Source: Candidatus Peribacteria bacterium
GTDB taxonomy: Bacteria > Patescibacteriota > Gracilibacteria > Peribacterales > Peribacteraceae
Assembly (NCBI GenBank): GCA_041691135.1
Contig: JBEPVF010000008.1
Location: forward strand, 8,529-72,528
Reading direction: 5' to 3'
Length of the DNA: 64,000 bases
Part shown: positions 8,094 to 17,097 of the stretch, in pieces
Numbering within the stretch: position 1 is the stretch's first letter
Layout: every line of letters begins with the position of its first letter
Position numbers and translations under genes: made by a program
Notes under the pieces: generated by a model
What the model was told of the DNA's origin: nothing
Seen by the model: only the letters and a program-made list of their open reading frames with translations
Database searches by the model: none

Positions 8094-8711
8094 ATGAAGC
8101 CACTCCATCACCTCCAAGCGAAATTGCTTGAAGCGCTCCGCGACGTTCCGGAGGGAGGTTACTCGCTCGAAGAACTACGCAGAGCGATTGGAGCTTCTTA
8201 CAAAAGTCAGGTTGTGCACCATATGGAACAATTGGAAATGAAGGGGTTGATCAAAAACGATCCTGACAATCCTGATAACTACATCATATTCAACGAACAG
8301 GAAGGCTCCGAGGAACCATTTTTCTTCATGCCCGTTCTAGCCTTAGCTTCTGCGGGCAAGGGAATGGATAACTCCCATCATGTCATTGAAAGAATCCCCG
8401 TTCGTTCAAAAATGATTCCATGCAAAATGGATGATGCCTTTCTTGTGCAGGCGGATGGGGATTCGATGGAGCCACGCATACACCATAAAGATTTTCTTGT
8501 AGTGGAACGACTTAAAAGTGATCGCGAGCCGCTTGGGCAGATTGTTGTTTGTGAAGAAGGACACGAGGTGAAAGTAAAACAATTCACTCGATCCGGAGGT
8601 TCAATAGTTCTTGTGTCTTTAAATCAAAAATACGATCCGTACGTTGTAACTAATCCTGATAATTTCCGAATACATGGAATCGTTCGCAGCGTGTTATTTT
8701 CTAAGCTCTAA
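8094..8711 (+). CDS. LexA-family repressor (wHTH + S24 autopeptidase), divergent from CBASS
   Basis: N-terminal wHTH (YSLEELRRAIGASYKSQVVHHMEQLEMKGLI), Ala-Gly cleavage site ASAG, catalytic GDSM serine and VK lysine. Confidence 0.85.
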   Translation: MKPLHHLQAKLLEALRDVPEGGYSLEELRRAIGASYKSQVVHHMEQLEMKGLIKNDPDNPDNYIIFNEQEGSEEPFFFMPVLALASAGKGMDNSHHVIERIPVRSKMIPCKMDDAFLVQADGDSMEPRIHHKDFLVVERLKSDREPLGQIVVCEEGHEVKVKQFTRSGGSIVLVSLNQKYDPYVVTNPDNFRIHGIVRSVLFSKL

Positions 8712-8793
8712 ATGGAAATTCGAGGTGATATGTACTATACTATGTATGGACAGCTTGTGGAGGTGATCAATTGCCACCATTTATTCCCGTCGT

Positions 8794-8869
8794 GGATGCG
8801 TAGCTCAGTTGGACAGAGCGTCTCCCTGCTAAGGAGAAGGTCGAAGGTTCAAATCCTTTCGCATATCCA
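8794..8869 (+). tRNA. Aberrant tRNA-like gene, anticodon GCT, short variable loop (possibly pseudo-tRNA)
   Basis: D arm GCTC-AGTTGGACA-GAGC, anticodon arm TCTCC-CTGCTAA-GGAGA, T arm GAAGG-TTCAAAT-CCTTT. Acceptor GGATGCG/CGCAT(AT)CC carries 2 extra nt. Confidence 0.75.
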
Positions 8870-9235
8870 GGAATTATCGCTCCAAAAAAGCGGTGATACC
8901 ATGCGTGAGCAGCACCCGTAGAGGAAGGAGAAGTAAGATGCTTGTATTCCTGGTTTTTGGCTCATCAAAGAAAGTTTTATAAAATATAAAAGTTCTTTTG
9001 TCAATTACTCATATATTTGTCTATTATAAGCCAAAATCTAAAGAAGTCTACGAACGAGACACCCCCTATTGTACTGTCTCATTTGTCTCATTTGACCGAC
9101 AGACCCGTTGGCTTCGGGATACTTAAAATGACCCCCTCAAAAACCTTGTCTGGGACTCAAGTATTTTGTTGTCAGACCCCGTCGTTCTGCCAAAAAATCA
9201 CCTTTGCCTACTGCGTGGTCAAGAACATGCAAAGC

Positions 9236-9469
9236 CTAGCTAGTGGGCGCTTCGTCAAACATCTTCTGAAAGTTCTGTTGCCATGTGGCATGGGTCTCGG
9301 GAGATGAGGCCGTTTTTGCCATCATGTCGTAAGTCGCCTTATGAGCCGGATCATTGGGTGCCAATGCACTGATATGTTTCTCGGCAGCTTTGGCAATGTC
9401 GCCCGACGTATTGCCCTCGAAGACCTCATCGCAGGGGCCGCCCATTTGCTTGCACGTGATTCGCTTCAT
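9236..9469 (-). CDS. DUF1059-like small metal-binding protein
   Basis: MKRITCKQMGGPCD...KH motif. Confidence 0.6.
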   Translation of the reverse strand: MKRITCKQMGGPCDEVFEGNTSGDIAKAAEKHISALAPNDPAHKATYDMMAKTASSPETHATWQQNFQKMFDEAPTS

Positions 9470-9649
9470 AGTAAATAACAAGACGTGTCATTCATATCAT
9501 TCTTACTTACGACAGTTGCGATGTTTTCAAGAATTTGTACTAATCCACCATCGCCTCTCTCACACCTGTTGGAGAAAGTCTTCGGGCTGCCAATTTCACC
9601 CAAACTTCGGCATGTGAGTCTTCCTGAGGTTTTTTTCATGGTAAAAAAT

Positions 9650-10090
9650 TTATGAGAGGAACTTTTCCAGTCGAACCAGACAGCCTTGCCATCCTTCTTC
9701 GTGGCTCTTGGCCGATTTCTCCGTCAGGAACTTCTCATGGATCAGCACCAGATCGGTACCGCCGTTTTTCGATGACAGTTCAATGGTCACCAGGGATTGC
9801 TCGTTTTTCGCTCCCATCTGAGATTTTTCCCACTCCCATGAAAAGACAATTTTCTCATTTTCCACAATCTCGATGTATTCACCGATGACGATATTATCCG
9901 AGCCATCCGGCCCCTTCATGTTTATTCTGTACTTTCCTCCGGGGCGAAAGTCGAGTGTATCGACAATGGTCGTCATCTGATCCGATGGTGCGAGCCACTG
10001 TGTCATAGCTTCTTTGTCAGTCCAAGCGTGGAACACTTCTGCAGGAGAAGCATCGTAGTGATAGGGAAGACGAACGGTGGGCACAGACAT
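9650..10090 (-). CDS. SRPBCC/AHSA1-like domain protein
   Basis: VFHAWTD, DFRPGGKY, GEYIEIV and HEEGW motifs. Confidence 0.88.
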   Translation of the reverse strand: MSVPTVRLPYHYDASPAEVFHAWTDKEAMTQWLAPSDQMTTIVDTLDFRPGGKYRINMKGPDGSDNIVIGEYIEIVENEKIVFSWEWEKSQMGAKNEQSLVTIELSSKNGGTDLVLIHEKFLTEKSAKSHEEGWQGCLVRLEKFLS

Positions 10091-10108
10091 ACAAAAAAAG
10101 GTAAGGAA

Positions 10109-10435
10109 TTAAGGTCGACGGGCACGAAGATAGCGATCGAGAGAATGCAGCTGTTCCTGCCAGAAGCGCGTGTAGGTTTGTATCCACTCCTCGGCCTCCT
10201 CCAGTGGTTTCAGATTAATGGAAAAGTAATAGTATCGCTGAACCTTCTCGCGTTGAATCAATTGTGCATCTTCCAGTACTTTCAGGTGTTTCGATATCGC
10301 GGGCATCGAGACGCCGAGCGGCTTGGCCAATTCTCCAATAGGCTGACGCTTTTTAGCGATGCGTTCGAGCAATTTCCGACGTACGGGACTCTCCAGAGCT
10401 CGGAAGACCAACCCAATGCGATCATTATTAACCAT
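10109..10435 (-). CDS. ArsR/SmtB-family transcriptional regulator
   Basis: FRALESPVRRKLL...VSMPAISKHLKVLEDAQLI. Lies upstream of the SRPBCC gene. Confidence 0.88.
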   Translation of the reverse strand: MVNNDRIGLVFRALESPVRRKLLERIAKKRQPIGELAKPLGVSMPAISKHLKVLEDAQLIQREKVQRYYYFSINLKPLEEAEEWIQTYTRFWQEQLHSLDRYLRARRP

Positions 10436-10443
10436 ATGGTTAA
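10428..10443. promoter_or_regulatory. Perfect palindromic operator overlapping ArsR start codon
   Basis: TTAACCATATGGTTAA, a 16-bp perfect palindrome. Confidence 0.7.
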
Positions 10444-10483
10444 GTATTTCAGAGACAATATTCTCAGTCAATAGCAAATACTG

Positions 10484-10852
10484 TTAATGCGCCCCTCCAT
10501 CCAGCACGCTCAAATCGTTTGCAGCCGAATAAATGACGAGCAGAATCAGCACAGTGGCAATACTGGTAATTGCCAGTGTCCACATTCTGTTTAACCGGCT
10601 GATTTTCCGGCTGATGAACCGGTCGATTTGTATCTGAATCAAGACGACGAGGAAGACGGCAGAAGTAAAAAAGAGGATGTCGATCGAGATGTTATCGGTG
10701 TTCCGCCGGGCGTACTCCAGCAGTCCCATCACCACGAGCCATCTCATCACGTCGAACCAGAAGGTGAGGAAGTCTTCCGTCACGTACAACATCTCTCCCT
10801 CTGTCATTTGCCTGTGCGCTGCGAGTCGCTTTCTGGTCCTGTTGGCAACCAT
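10484..10852 (-). CDS. Hypothetical membrane protein (about 3 TM)
   Basis: 122-aa ORF with three hydrophobic segments. Confidence 0.55.
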   Translation of the reverse strand: MVANRTRKRLAAHRQMTEGEMLYVTEDFLTFWFDVMRWLVVMGLLEYARRNTDNISIDILFFTSAVFLVVLIQIQIDRFISRKISRLNRMWTLAITSIATVLILLVIYSAANDLSVLDGGAH

Positions 10853-10901
10853 GCATCGTATGGTAGCAATGAACGTGGTGCGTCGCTATGAGCGATCTGC
10901 A

Positions 10902-11051
10902 TCACAAGACTTTCTGCCCCTTGATCACTCTGACGAGCACGATGATGACGGCCAATACGAACAGAATGTGAATGAATCCTCCCAACGTATAGGAACTCAC
11001 GATTCCCAATAGCCACAGTACAAAAAGAATGATTGCGATCGTCCAGAGCAT
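10902..11051 (-). CDS. lmo0937-family small membrane protein (49 aa, absent from ORF track)
   Basis: Hand translation: MLWTIAIILFVLWLLGIVSSYTLGGFIHILFVLAVIIVLVRVIKGQKVL. Confidence 0.85.
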   Translation of the reverse strand: MLWTIAIILFVLWLLGIVSSYTLGGFIHILFVLAVIIVLVRVIKGQKVL

Positions 11052-11168
11052 GAAGCGAGAGGGGAATGAAGGTTCAGCGTAGCGGAAATTTGCTCACAGG
11101 AGAAACTTCGGGTCGATGGTCTTCCTAAAACTTCTCACGCCTGTGGAAAAAGTATAGACTGCCGGTCT

Positions 11169-11609
11169 ATGCAAAAAGCCTACCTCTGTCCGTATCTGAT
11201 GTTCGATGGCACCTGTGAACAAGCGATGAATTTTTACCAGTCCTGCATGGGCGGCACGCTCAAAATGCAGCGGTACGGCGAGACGCCGATGCCGTGTTCC
11301 GACAGTCAGAAAGACAAAATTATGCACGCGTCGCTCGAAAACGATTCGCTGTCGTTCATGGCGGCCGATGGTCAGGAGAATCGCAAGACCGTCCAAGGAG
11401 ACAATGTCCATCTGTCCGTTGCCGGTACCGATGAAGCGCGACTCAAGGAAATGTTTCTCAGGCTCAGTGCCGGAGGGGCGGTGACGATGGCCTTAGAAAA
11501 GCAGTTCTGGGGTGATACGTTCGGCATGCTCACCGACAAATTCGGCATCCACTGGATGTTCAATATTGCTGGCGCCAAGAGCCATCAGCAGGAGCAAAGC
11601 GAGAAATAA
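11169..11609 (+). CDS. VOC/PhnB-family protein
   Basis: PYLMFDGTCEQAMNFY, IMHASL and FWGDTFGMLTDKFGIHW motifs. Confidence 0.9.
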   Translation: MQKAYLCPYLMFDGTCEQAMNFYQSCMGGTLKMQRYGETPMPCSDSQKDKIMHASLENDSLSFMAADGQENRKTVQGDNVHLSVAGTDEARLKEMFLRLSAGGAVTMALEKQFWGDTFGMLTDKFGIHWMFNIAGAKSHQQEQSEK

Positions 11610-11741
11610 CGGGTATTTCTTTTCCCTAACGGCAGCCACTTTTATGGAAAACAGACGCTCGCCATTGTGCGCCGTTGCCGGGCAGGGGTAGCATCCTCTT
11701 TACACTTGGATGTTCTATTTTTGACGCCTTGCATACTCCGT

Positions 11742-12299
11742 ATGTCCACCATGTATTCAGAAGAGGCCGAGTCGATCGCCGCTGCTACCCAGCGCATGGC
11801 GGAGGAAGCCGGGCAGCGTCTGATCAAAGAAAAAATGCGTCCGACTGCGCTGATCCAAATGGCCTCGTCGCACCGTACAAAGACTGTGCCGGATGACGGG
11901 CAGGCCGGACCCATCCCGTCTCCCTTTTTGATGGAACAGTACGATCGACTTTTGCCCGGCTCGGCGGAGCGGATTTTGTATCTGATCGAAAAAGAGCAGG
12001 GACACCGACACCACCAGGAACAGATGAATATGGAATCGAGTGCGCAAGATGCGCGAATTTCCCTCATCTTCGCCTACGGATTCATCATGTGCATTGTCAG
12101 TCTGTGTTTGGGCGGCGGACTGTCGCTGATGGGGAGAGAGCTGGCCGGAGGATTGATCGGCGGCGGGGGATTTATCTGTTTTGCCATGATCTTCGGCATC
12201 ATCGCCCTGCAATACAAAGGAGTGTGGCGCAAACCTACGCCGCTTCACCATGCACCGGACTCGCACCGTTTGTCCGAAGACGTGACCGACGAGCAGTAA
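11742..12299 (+). CDS. DUF2335-like membrane protein
   Basis: GPIPSP...YDRLLPGSAERIL...EQGHRH followed by two TM helices. Confidence 0.75.
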   Translation: MSTMYSEEAESIAAATQRMAEEAGQRLIKEKMRPTALIQMASSHRTKTVPDDGQAGPIPSPFLMEQYDRLLPGSAERILYLIEKEQGHRHHQEQMNMESSAQDARISLIFAYGFIMCIVSLCLGGGLSLMGRELAGGLIGGGGFICFAMIFGIIALQYKGVWRKPTPLHHAPDSHRLSEDVTDEQ

Positions 12300-12381
12300 T
12301 CAGCGGTCAGCCTTTTCTATTGTGATTGAGCAAAAGGCCGTCCCCCCGACGGCCTTTCCGCTCTGTTCCTTCTCTTATTTC

Positions 12382-12930
12382 CTACTGAGCCGATGATGTG
12401 GAGCTGGATGTCTGCTTCTGCGGGCCCTTTCCGTTCCACATGCCACCACCTCTGCCATGCATTGGCCCGGTCATTTTGCCGCCGGCAAATCCTTTGATGT
12501 CGCCCATCATGCTTTCGCGCATACCCATGGCGGCACCACACGCGGCACGAACGGCATCCGTGGCGGTCTTGATCTGCGTGGACTGTGTAACCATGGCGGC
12601 CTTCATTGCCGTTTGCAGCGCGTCATTCGCATTCTTCACAGCAGTCTGACGCTGTGTGTCGTCGGCGATGAGTGCGGCAGCCTTGAGGGCAATGCTGTGC
12701 GCCTGCTTCGCTGCCTTTTGGGCGGCGTTCATAGTGTCGGCATTGGCGACGAAGGCATCATCGAGGCCGGCTTCGGCAGTCACGCATGCCTGTGAAGGGA
12801 TGGGACGTTGTCGGGCGGCTTTGGTGGCCGCGGAACTGCTGGATGCCGCGCTCGAAACCTGTGCCAGAATCGGAACAGCCAGTGCGAGCGACGACATACC
12901 GGCTACGACACCGAGAGTGAATTTCTTCAT
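12382..12930 (-). CDS. Hypothetical secreted Ala-rich protein
   Basis: Signal-like MKKFTLGVVAGMSSLALAVPILA followed by a helical Ala-rich body. Confidence 0.7.
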   Translation of the reverse strand: MKKFTLGVVAGMSSLALAVPILAQVSSAASSSSAATKAARQRPIPSQACVTAEAGLDDAFVANADTMNAAQKAAKQAHSIALKAAALIADDTQRQTAVKNANDALQTAMKAAMVTQSTQIKTATDAVRAACGAAMGMRESMMGDIKGFAGGKMTGPMHGRGGGMWNGKGPQKQTSSSTSSAQ

Positions 12931-13119
12931 AGAAGAAGATGGGTAAGAGATAAATCTTTTAGAACTGTCCTCAGTATAGAAGGGCATGTTTAAGAGGAGC
13001 TTAAGAGAGTGGGGAATGGTTTATTTGACAAATATGGTAATAATCCTCCATTGTCATATGCAGTACGGCTATGGCCGTCTTGCGTCAGTGTGTACCGATC
13101 TTTCAGTTTGGAGGGATTC

Positions 13120-13479
13120 ATGCCGGAATCACTTGAGCATTTCGAGATCGGGCGTGTCGAAGATGTGACGATTGTCACTTTCAAAGGCTCCAGTATCGTC
13201 GAGGAGGAACTTGTTCAGGAGGTTAGGGGCGAACTCCTTCGCCTGGTCGATGAGGAAAGGCCGACCAAAATGATTCTCCACTTCGGAAACGTGCGGTACT
13301 TTTCGAGTCCGGCCCTGAGCATGTTCATTGCCCTCAAAGGGAAGATGGGCAAAATCAAGGGCCAGATCAAATTCTGCGCCGTTAGTCCCGGCCTCTCCGA
13401 GGTCTTTCGGATCACGCGTCTGGACCAGCTTTTTGAATTCTCCGATACCGAGCAGGCAGCTCTCGATGCGTTCGAGTAG
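13120..13479 (+). CDS. STAS-domain anti-sigma factor antagonist
   Basis: NVRYFSSPAL and VFRITRLDQLF motifs. SD-like GGAGGG upstream and a terminator hairpin at ~13511-13549. Confidence 0.85.
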   Translation: MPESLEHFEIGRVEDVTIVTFKGSSIVEEELVQEVRGELLRLVDEERPTKMILHFGNVRYFSSPALSMFIALKGKMGKIKGQIKFCAVSPGLSEVFRITRLDQLFEFSDTEQAALDAFE

Positions 13480-13558
13480 GTCTGTGATCGGCAACAGCAC
13501 ACTGACGATCAGTCCCGTCGCTCCAAGCGCCGGGACTGGCGTCTTTTTTCACTGTCAC

Positions 13559-15256
13559 TTATTGGTCATTAATGACCGTATTGCCCGATTCCGTTATCTC
13601 CTCCGTCGGGACATTTGCATCTTTTCCGAAGTACCCCCTGATGGGATTGTAGAAAGTATTCCCTGTGACCTTGATGTTGTGATCGAATCCGAGACGGTTT
13701 TCTATATAGATACCGTACAGACCTCCATGAACCGTATTGTTCGATATAATCGCTCCCGATTCATCGCCCACTTTTATGGCGTAGTAACCGGTTCCGGTGA
13801 GCGTGACATTGTTATTCGAGAAGATCATCGAGGAATTGCGTTGAATACCGACGGAGGCGGCGGGGGCGATGATGGTGTTTCCCGTGACCGTCATTCTCTT
13901 GGAGACAAGCGTGTTCACAGTGCCGTTCGACGACAAACCCAGGCCGCAGCCATTGTCTACGATGGTATTTCCGGAGATCAAAATGTCGGTGATAATGGAA
14001 TCGTTGTGGCTCGGCTCGACGTCAAAACACAATCGATTGTGCGTTACGAGATTATTGATAAAACTGATGCGCTGTCCCAAACTCATGGATATGCCGTGGC
14101 GTTCGTTGAAAGCGGTGTAGTTATCCCTCACGACGATATCGTGAGGCAGATCTGCGAGAGTCCCGCTGACATAGATGCCATCTCCCCAGTAACCGGGCAG
14201 TCCCGCAATGTCCGGCATGTTGATAGCTCTCACGCCCTGTACAAGAATATTTGACGCCCCCGACGTGATGGCAATGCCGTGACGTCCTGCAGTCGGTGCA
14301 TCCTGCTTGTCGCCGTCGAGCGTACCGGGACCTTCGATTACGACATCAGTGACGCCCGATACGCCGATCATGGCGCTTGTCAGGACTGTCGGCCCGGCAA
14401 GCAGAGTCGCTCCGGATTCTAGTGTCAGTCGTTGGTGGCTGTTCACGTTTAATTTGTCTCCCACTAAATAGGTGCCGGGCGGAATGACCACAATGTTATG
14501 CGTATCCAATGCCGTCTGAATCGCCGCCCGATCATCGGTCACGCCGTCGCCGACTGCACCGGTGTCTCGGACGCTCAATGGAATTGTTTCCGTACATTCA
14601 AGCGTGCATATATTGCCCGCCGTTCCATTCAGCGAACCGTTATCACATTCCTCCGGACTCGCCTTCCAGCTATCTCCGCAAACCGGCGTGGGCTTAGTCG
14701 AGATCATGGCGTCACTGTTCATCACGAGGATGTAAAAAGAAGACGGTTCCAGGTACATACTGCCGGACGATGTATCGGTGGAGGAGAAATGTATGCCCTT
14801 GCTCTGTTCAAACGCCGCAAGGCCGTCGCCATGGGCGTGATCCTGATTCCTTGCTGCGGGTGAGGCGAAGAACTTGTGGGGGAAGCGCTGATGAAAATCA
14901 GGGTTATTCCGGTTCGCTCGCTCCGTCGCTGCTGTGGCAGTGGTGTATTCGTAACCGAAATAATTGATATTCGGTCCCAAGGCAACATCCAAAGGCATGG
15001 CCGTAAAATTCGACGGGGTGTAGACCAGATAGATATTGTCCGCCGACAGCGGTTGTGTGGCACTCTCGGTGAACGTGACGGTGGTCACATCCAGATTGCC
15101 GCTCTGTCCCACTTTTGTAACAGAGCCGGTGAGAGGGAGAAGCGGGGAATTCTTCGACTGAAACGCATTGCTCATAGCACCGATCAGCAGAACGACCAGC
15201 GTACCTGAGGCCAGAGCGATCAACCCGGTTCTATGCTTCACTGCAGTTTTGAACAT
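13559..15256 (-). CDS. Secreted/anchored protein with Cys-rich repeat and pectate-lyase-like right-handed beta-helix
   Basis: N-terminal TM, CGDSW..EECDNG repeat, GAVGDGVTDDRAAIQTA motif and N/G/I-rich beta-helix coils. Confidence 0.75.
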   Translation of the reverse strand: MFKTAVKHRTGLIALASGTLVVLLIGAMSNAFQSKNSPLLPLTGSVTKVGQSGNLDVTTVTFTESATQPLSADNIYLVYTPSNFTAMPLDVALGPNINYFGYEYTTATAATERANRNNPDFHQRFPHKFFASPAARNQDHAHGDGLAAFEQSKGIHFSSTDTSSGSMYLEPSSFYILVMNSDAMISTKPTPVCGDSWKASPEECDNGSLNGTAGNICTLECTETIPLSVRDTGAVGDGVTDDRAAIQTALDTHNIVVIPPGTYLVGDKLNVNSHQRLTLESGATLLAGPTVLTSAMIGVSGVTDVVIEGPGTLDGDKQDAPTAGRHGIAITSGASNILVQGVRAINMPDIAGLPGYWGDGIYVSGTLADLPHDIVVRDNYTAFNERHGISMSLGQRISFINNLVTHNRLCFDVEPSHNDSIITDILISGNTIVDNGCGLGLSSNGTVNTLVSKRMTVTGNTIIAPAASVGIQRNSSMIFSNNNVTLTGTGYYAIKVGDESGAIISNNTVHGGLYGIYIENRLGFDHNIKVTGNTFYNPIRGYFGKDANVPTEEITESGNTVINDQ

Positions 15257-15498
15257 TAGATATGGGTGTTAATCTGAATAGTATACCATAAAACATGAAA
15301 AGTGACTATGTTTCCCCATGCTCTAAAGAGGCATAAAAGCATCGTTTGAAGCTCATAAGCCACTTTCCTGGATGACGGCAGGGCCGTGCAGACATGGTGC
15401 GCCGTTGAGGGCATGCTATCGCCGGGACATGGCGTTTGATTCGCCACGGCGTCGCACTCTTTTCTCTCTTTCTGCCGGCGTGAGTTGTGTACGAGCGG

Positions 15499-15768
15499 TT
15501 ACGCCTGCTTCCATCGTCCTAAATTGGGGATAACGCTGCGGGCCAATTCTTCGGCCCGTTCCTCGGTCATCTTCAAGTCGGTGGTCATGTTCTTTACCGA
15601 CAGGTTGATCATCTCTTCCAGCGTCAAATTCGGTTGGATGAACGCGCCGTCTTTGTAGCAAAAAACACAGAATTCCTTCATCGGCGATCCATCGGCATTG
15701 GTGCCGTAATTTGCAAATTCATCACTCAGAGGCATGCCGCAGCTTTGACACCGGACTTTCTGTTCCAT
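15499..15768 (-). CDS. Zinc-ribbon domain protein
   Basis: CQSCGMP...GTNADGS..EFCVFCY and LGRW motifs. Confidence 0.8.
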   Translation of the reverse strand: MEQKVRCQSCGMPLSDEFANYGTNADGSPMKEFCVFCYKDGAFIQPNLTLEEMINLSVKNMTTDLKMTEERAEELARSVIPNLGRWKQA

Positions 15769-15897
15769 AGGTGGCTATGGTAAACATTTTTCCCATTCAG
15801 AACAATCGTTGCCCAGACAATACCGAGGTTCTCTGTAAGAACAGCAAGAGCGACGCGTCGTGGAATAAGGTTTCTTTATTTCTTTCCTACCTTCTGT

Positions 15898-16074
15898 ATG
15901 TGGCAACAATGGGTCAACGGCATCCTCGGTCTGTGGGTTATCGCTATGCCCTTCATCCTGGGAATCACCGATAGCGCCACCATGTGGACGATTGCCATCA
16001 CCGGCGTCGTCGTCGCGGCATTGGGCTTCTGGGGTGCGGGTGAGCATTCCAGCGCTATGACGCATCATGCATAA
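15898..16074 (+). CDS. SPW-repeat-like small membrane protein (58 aa, absent from ORF track)
   Basis: Hand translation: MWQQWVNGILGLWVIAMPFILG...TGVVVAALGFWGAGEHSSAMTHHA. Confidence 0.7.
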   Translation: MWQQWVNGILGLWVIAMPFILGITDSATMWTIAITGVVVAALGFWGAGEHSSAMTHHA

Positions 16075-16094
16075 TACATGCCTGATGTGAGGAC

Positions 16095-16124
16095 GAAAAA
16101 AGGCGCCTTCTGGCGCCTTTTTTC
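16095..16124. terminator. Bidirectional intrinsic terminator
   Basis: gaaaaaaggcgcc-ttct-ggcgccttttttc between convergent genes. Confidence 0.8.
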
Positions 16125-16139
16125 TGATGTCAGTTCCGT

Positions 16140-16475
16140 TTATTTCTTCATCATCGGAGGCATCATCTTTTTATCGCCACAGTCGCAGTTCTCTTTGCCG
16201 CAGGCGCATGCACCGCCGCATCCGCAACCCGTTCCGCATGATTTCCTGCTGCAGGGGCACAGGCCCTTGGTGGTCTTATGCCAGGCCAAGAGAGATGCTA
16301 CGAGCGCGATGATCGCGAAGGAACAGTCGCTGGTGCCGAAGACGAAGCCAGCGGGCGTGTAGTGTGTCTGGTACACACCTGCCAAGGCAGCGAGGGCGAG
16401 GATAAAGAACACCAGAGCGACGAGAATCTTGATCGTTTTACAGACTGCGCACATACCGGAACCGGAATGACACAT
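16140..16475 (-). CDS. Cys-rich small membrane protein (2 TM plus metallothionein-like tail)
   Basis: C-terminal CPCSRKSCGTGCGCGGACACGKENCDC. Confidence 0.6.
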   Translation of the reverse strand: MCHSGSGMCAVCKTIKILVALVFFILALAALAGVYQTHYTPAGFVFGTSDCSFAIIALVASLLAWHKTTKGLCPCSRKSCGTGCGCGGACACGKENCDCGDKKMMPPMMKK

Positions 16476-16570
16476 AGAAGAAGAGGGGAAGGATGGAATG
16501 ACTCTCAGTATACTCGTTCTTTGACGATGCGAAACAATTCGTCTTGTGGGTGGTGGTATGATGCTCCTTA

Positions 16571-16948
16571 ATGCGCAAAAGAGTTCTTCTTCTCCTGTGT
16601 GTCACCCTCCTGGCGGGATGCGATTCCACTGGGACCGACATGTATGACCGTTCGGGCACCCGCACCGGTCGGGTGACGGTTGCTTCGGCTGATTCGGCCA
16701 CCGTCTACAATCGTGACGGGACGCAGGTGGGATCTGTTTCCACGGACACGGTGTACGATCGTAATGGCATACGGAAGGGTAGAGTGGCGAGCGATGCGAC
16801 GGTGTATGACCGCAATGGGACGCGGGTCGGTTCGCTCAGCAGCGGGACCGTGTGTTTGAACCGGAACGGATTGAACGAAGGGCACTTGAGCGCGAAGGTC
16901 GACCGCGAGGCGGCGGGTGGGGCGTGCTTGCTGCTTATTTTGCAGTAA
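16571..16948 (+). CDS. Lipoprotein with ~15-aa beta repeats
   Basis: Lipobox LLAG-C and repeated VYDRNGxRxG units. Confidence 0.7.
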   Translation: MRKRVLLLLCVTLLAGCDSTGTDMYDRSGTRTGRVTVASADSATVYNRDGTQVGSVSTDTVYDRNGIRKGRVASDATVYDRNGTRVGSLSSGTVCLNRNGLNEGHLSAKVDREAAGGACLLLILQ

Positions 16949-17097
16949 CCATGATTCAAAGATGAAGGGCCGGTGTTTGGTGGTGATATCAGAGATGGAT
17001 CGGCATTTCGTGCATCATGTTTTTACATGTAGGCGTTAAAAATGATTTTGCAGTCATATCTCTGCTGGCATGATGCAGGCCTTCCTATTCTTGGAAC

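Noticed and set aside
8794-8869. Canonical tRNA-Ser(GCT), or an attL/attR duplication
   Set aside because: It has no long variable arm and an irregular acceptor stem. I found no second copy of its 3' end within the window.
9060-9200. tgtctcatttg repeat (tandem near 9075, once near 38890) as element ends
   Set aside because: Too short, with no transposase, target duplication or consistent geometry.
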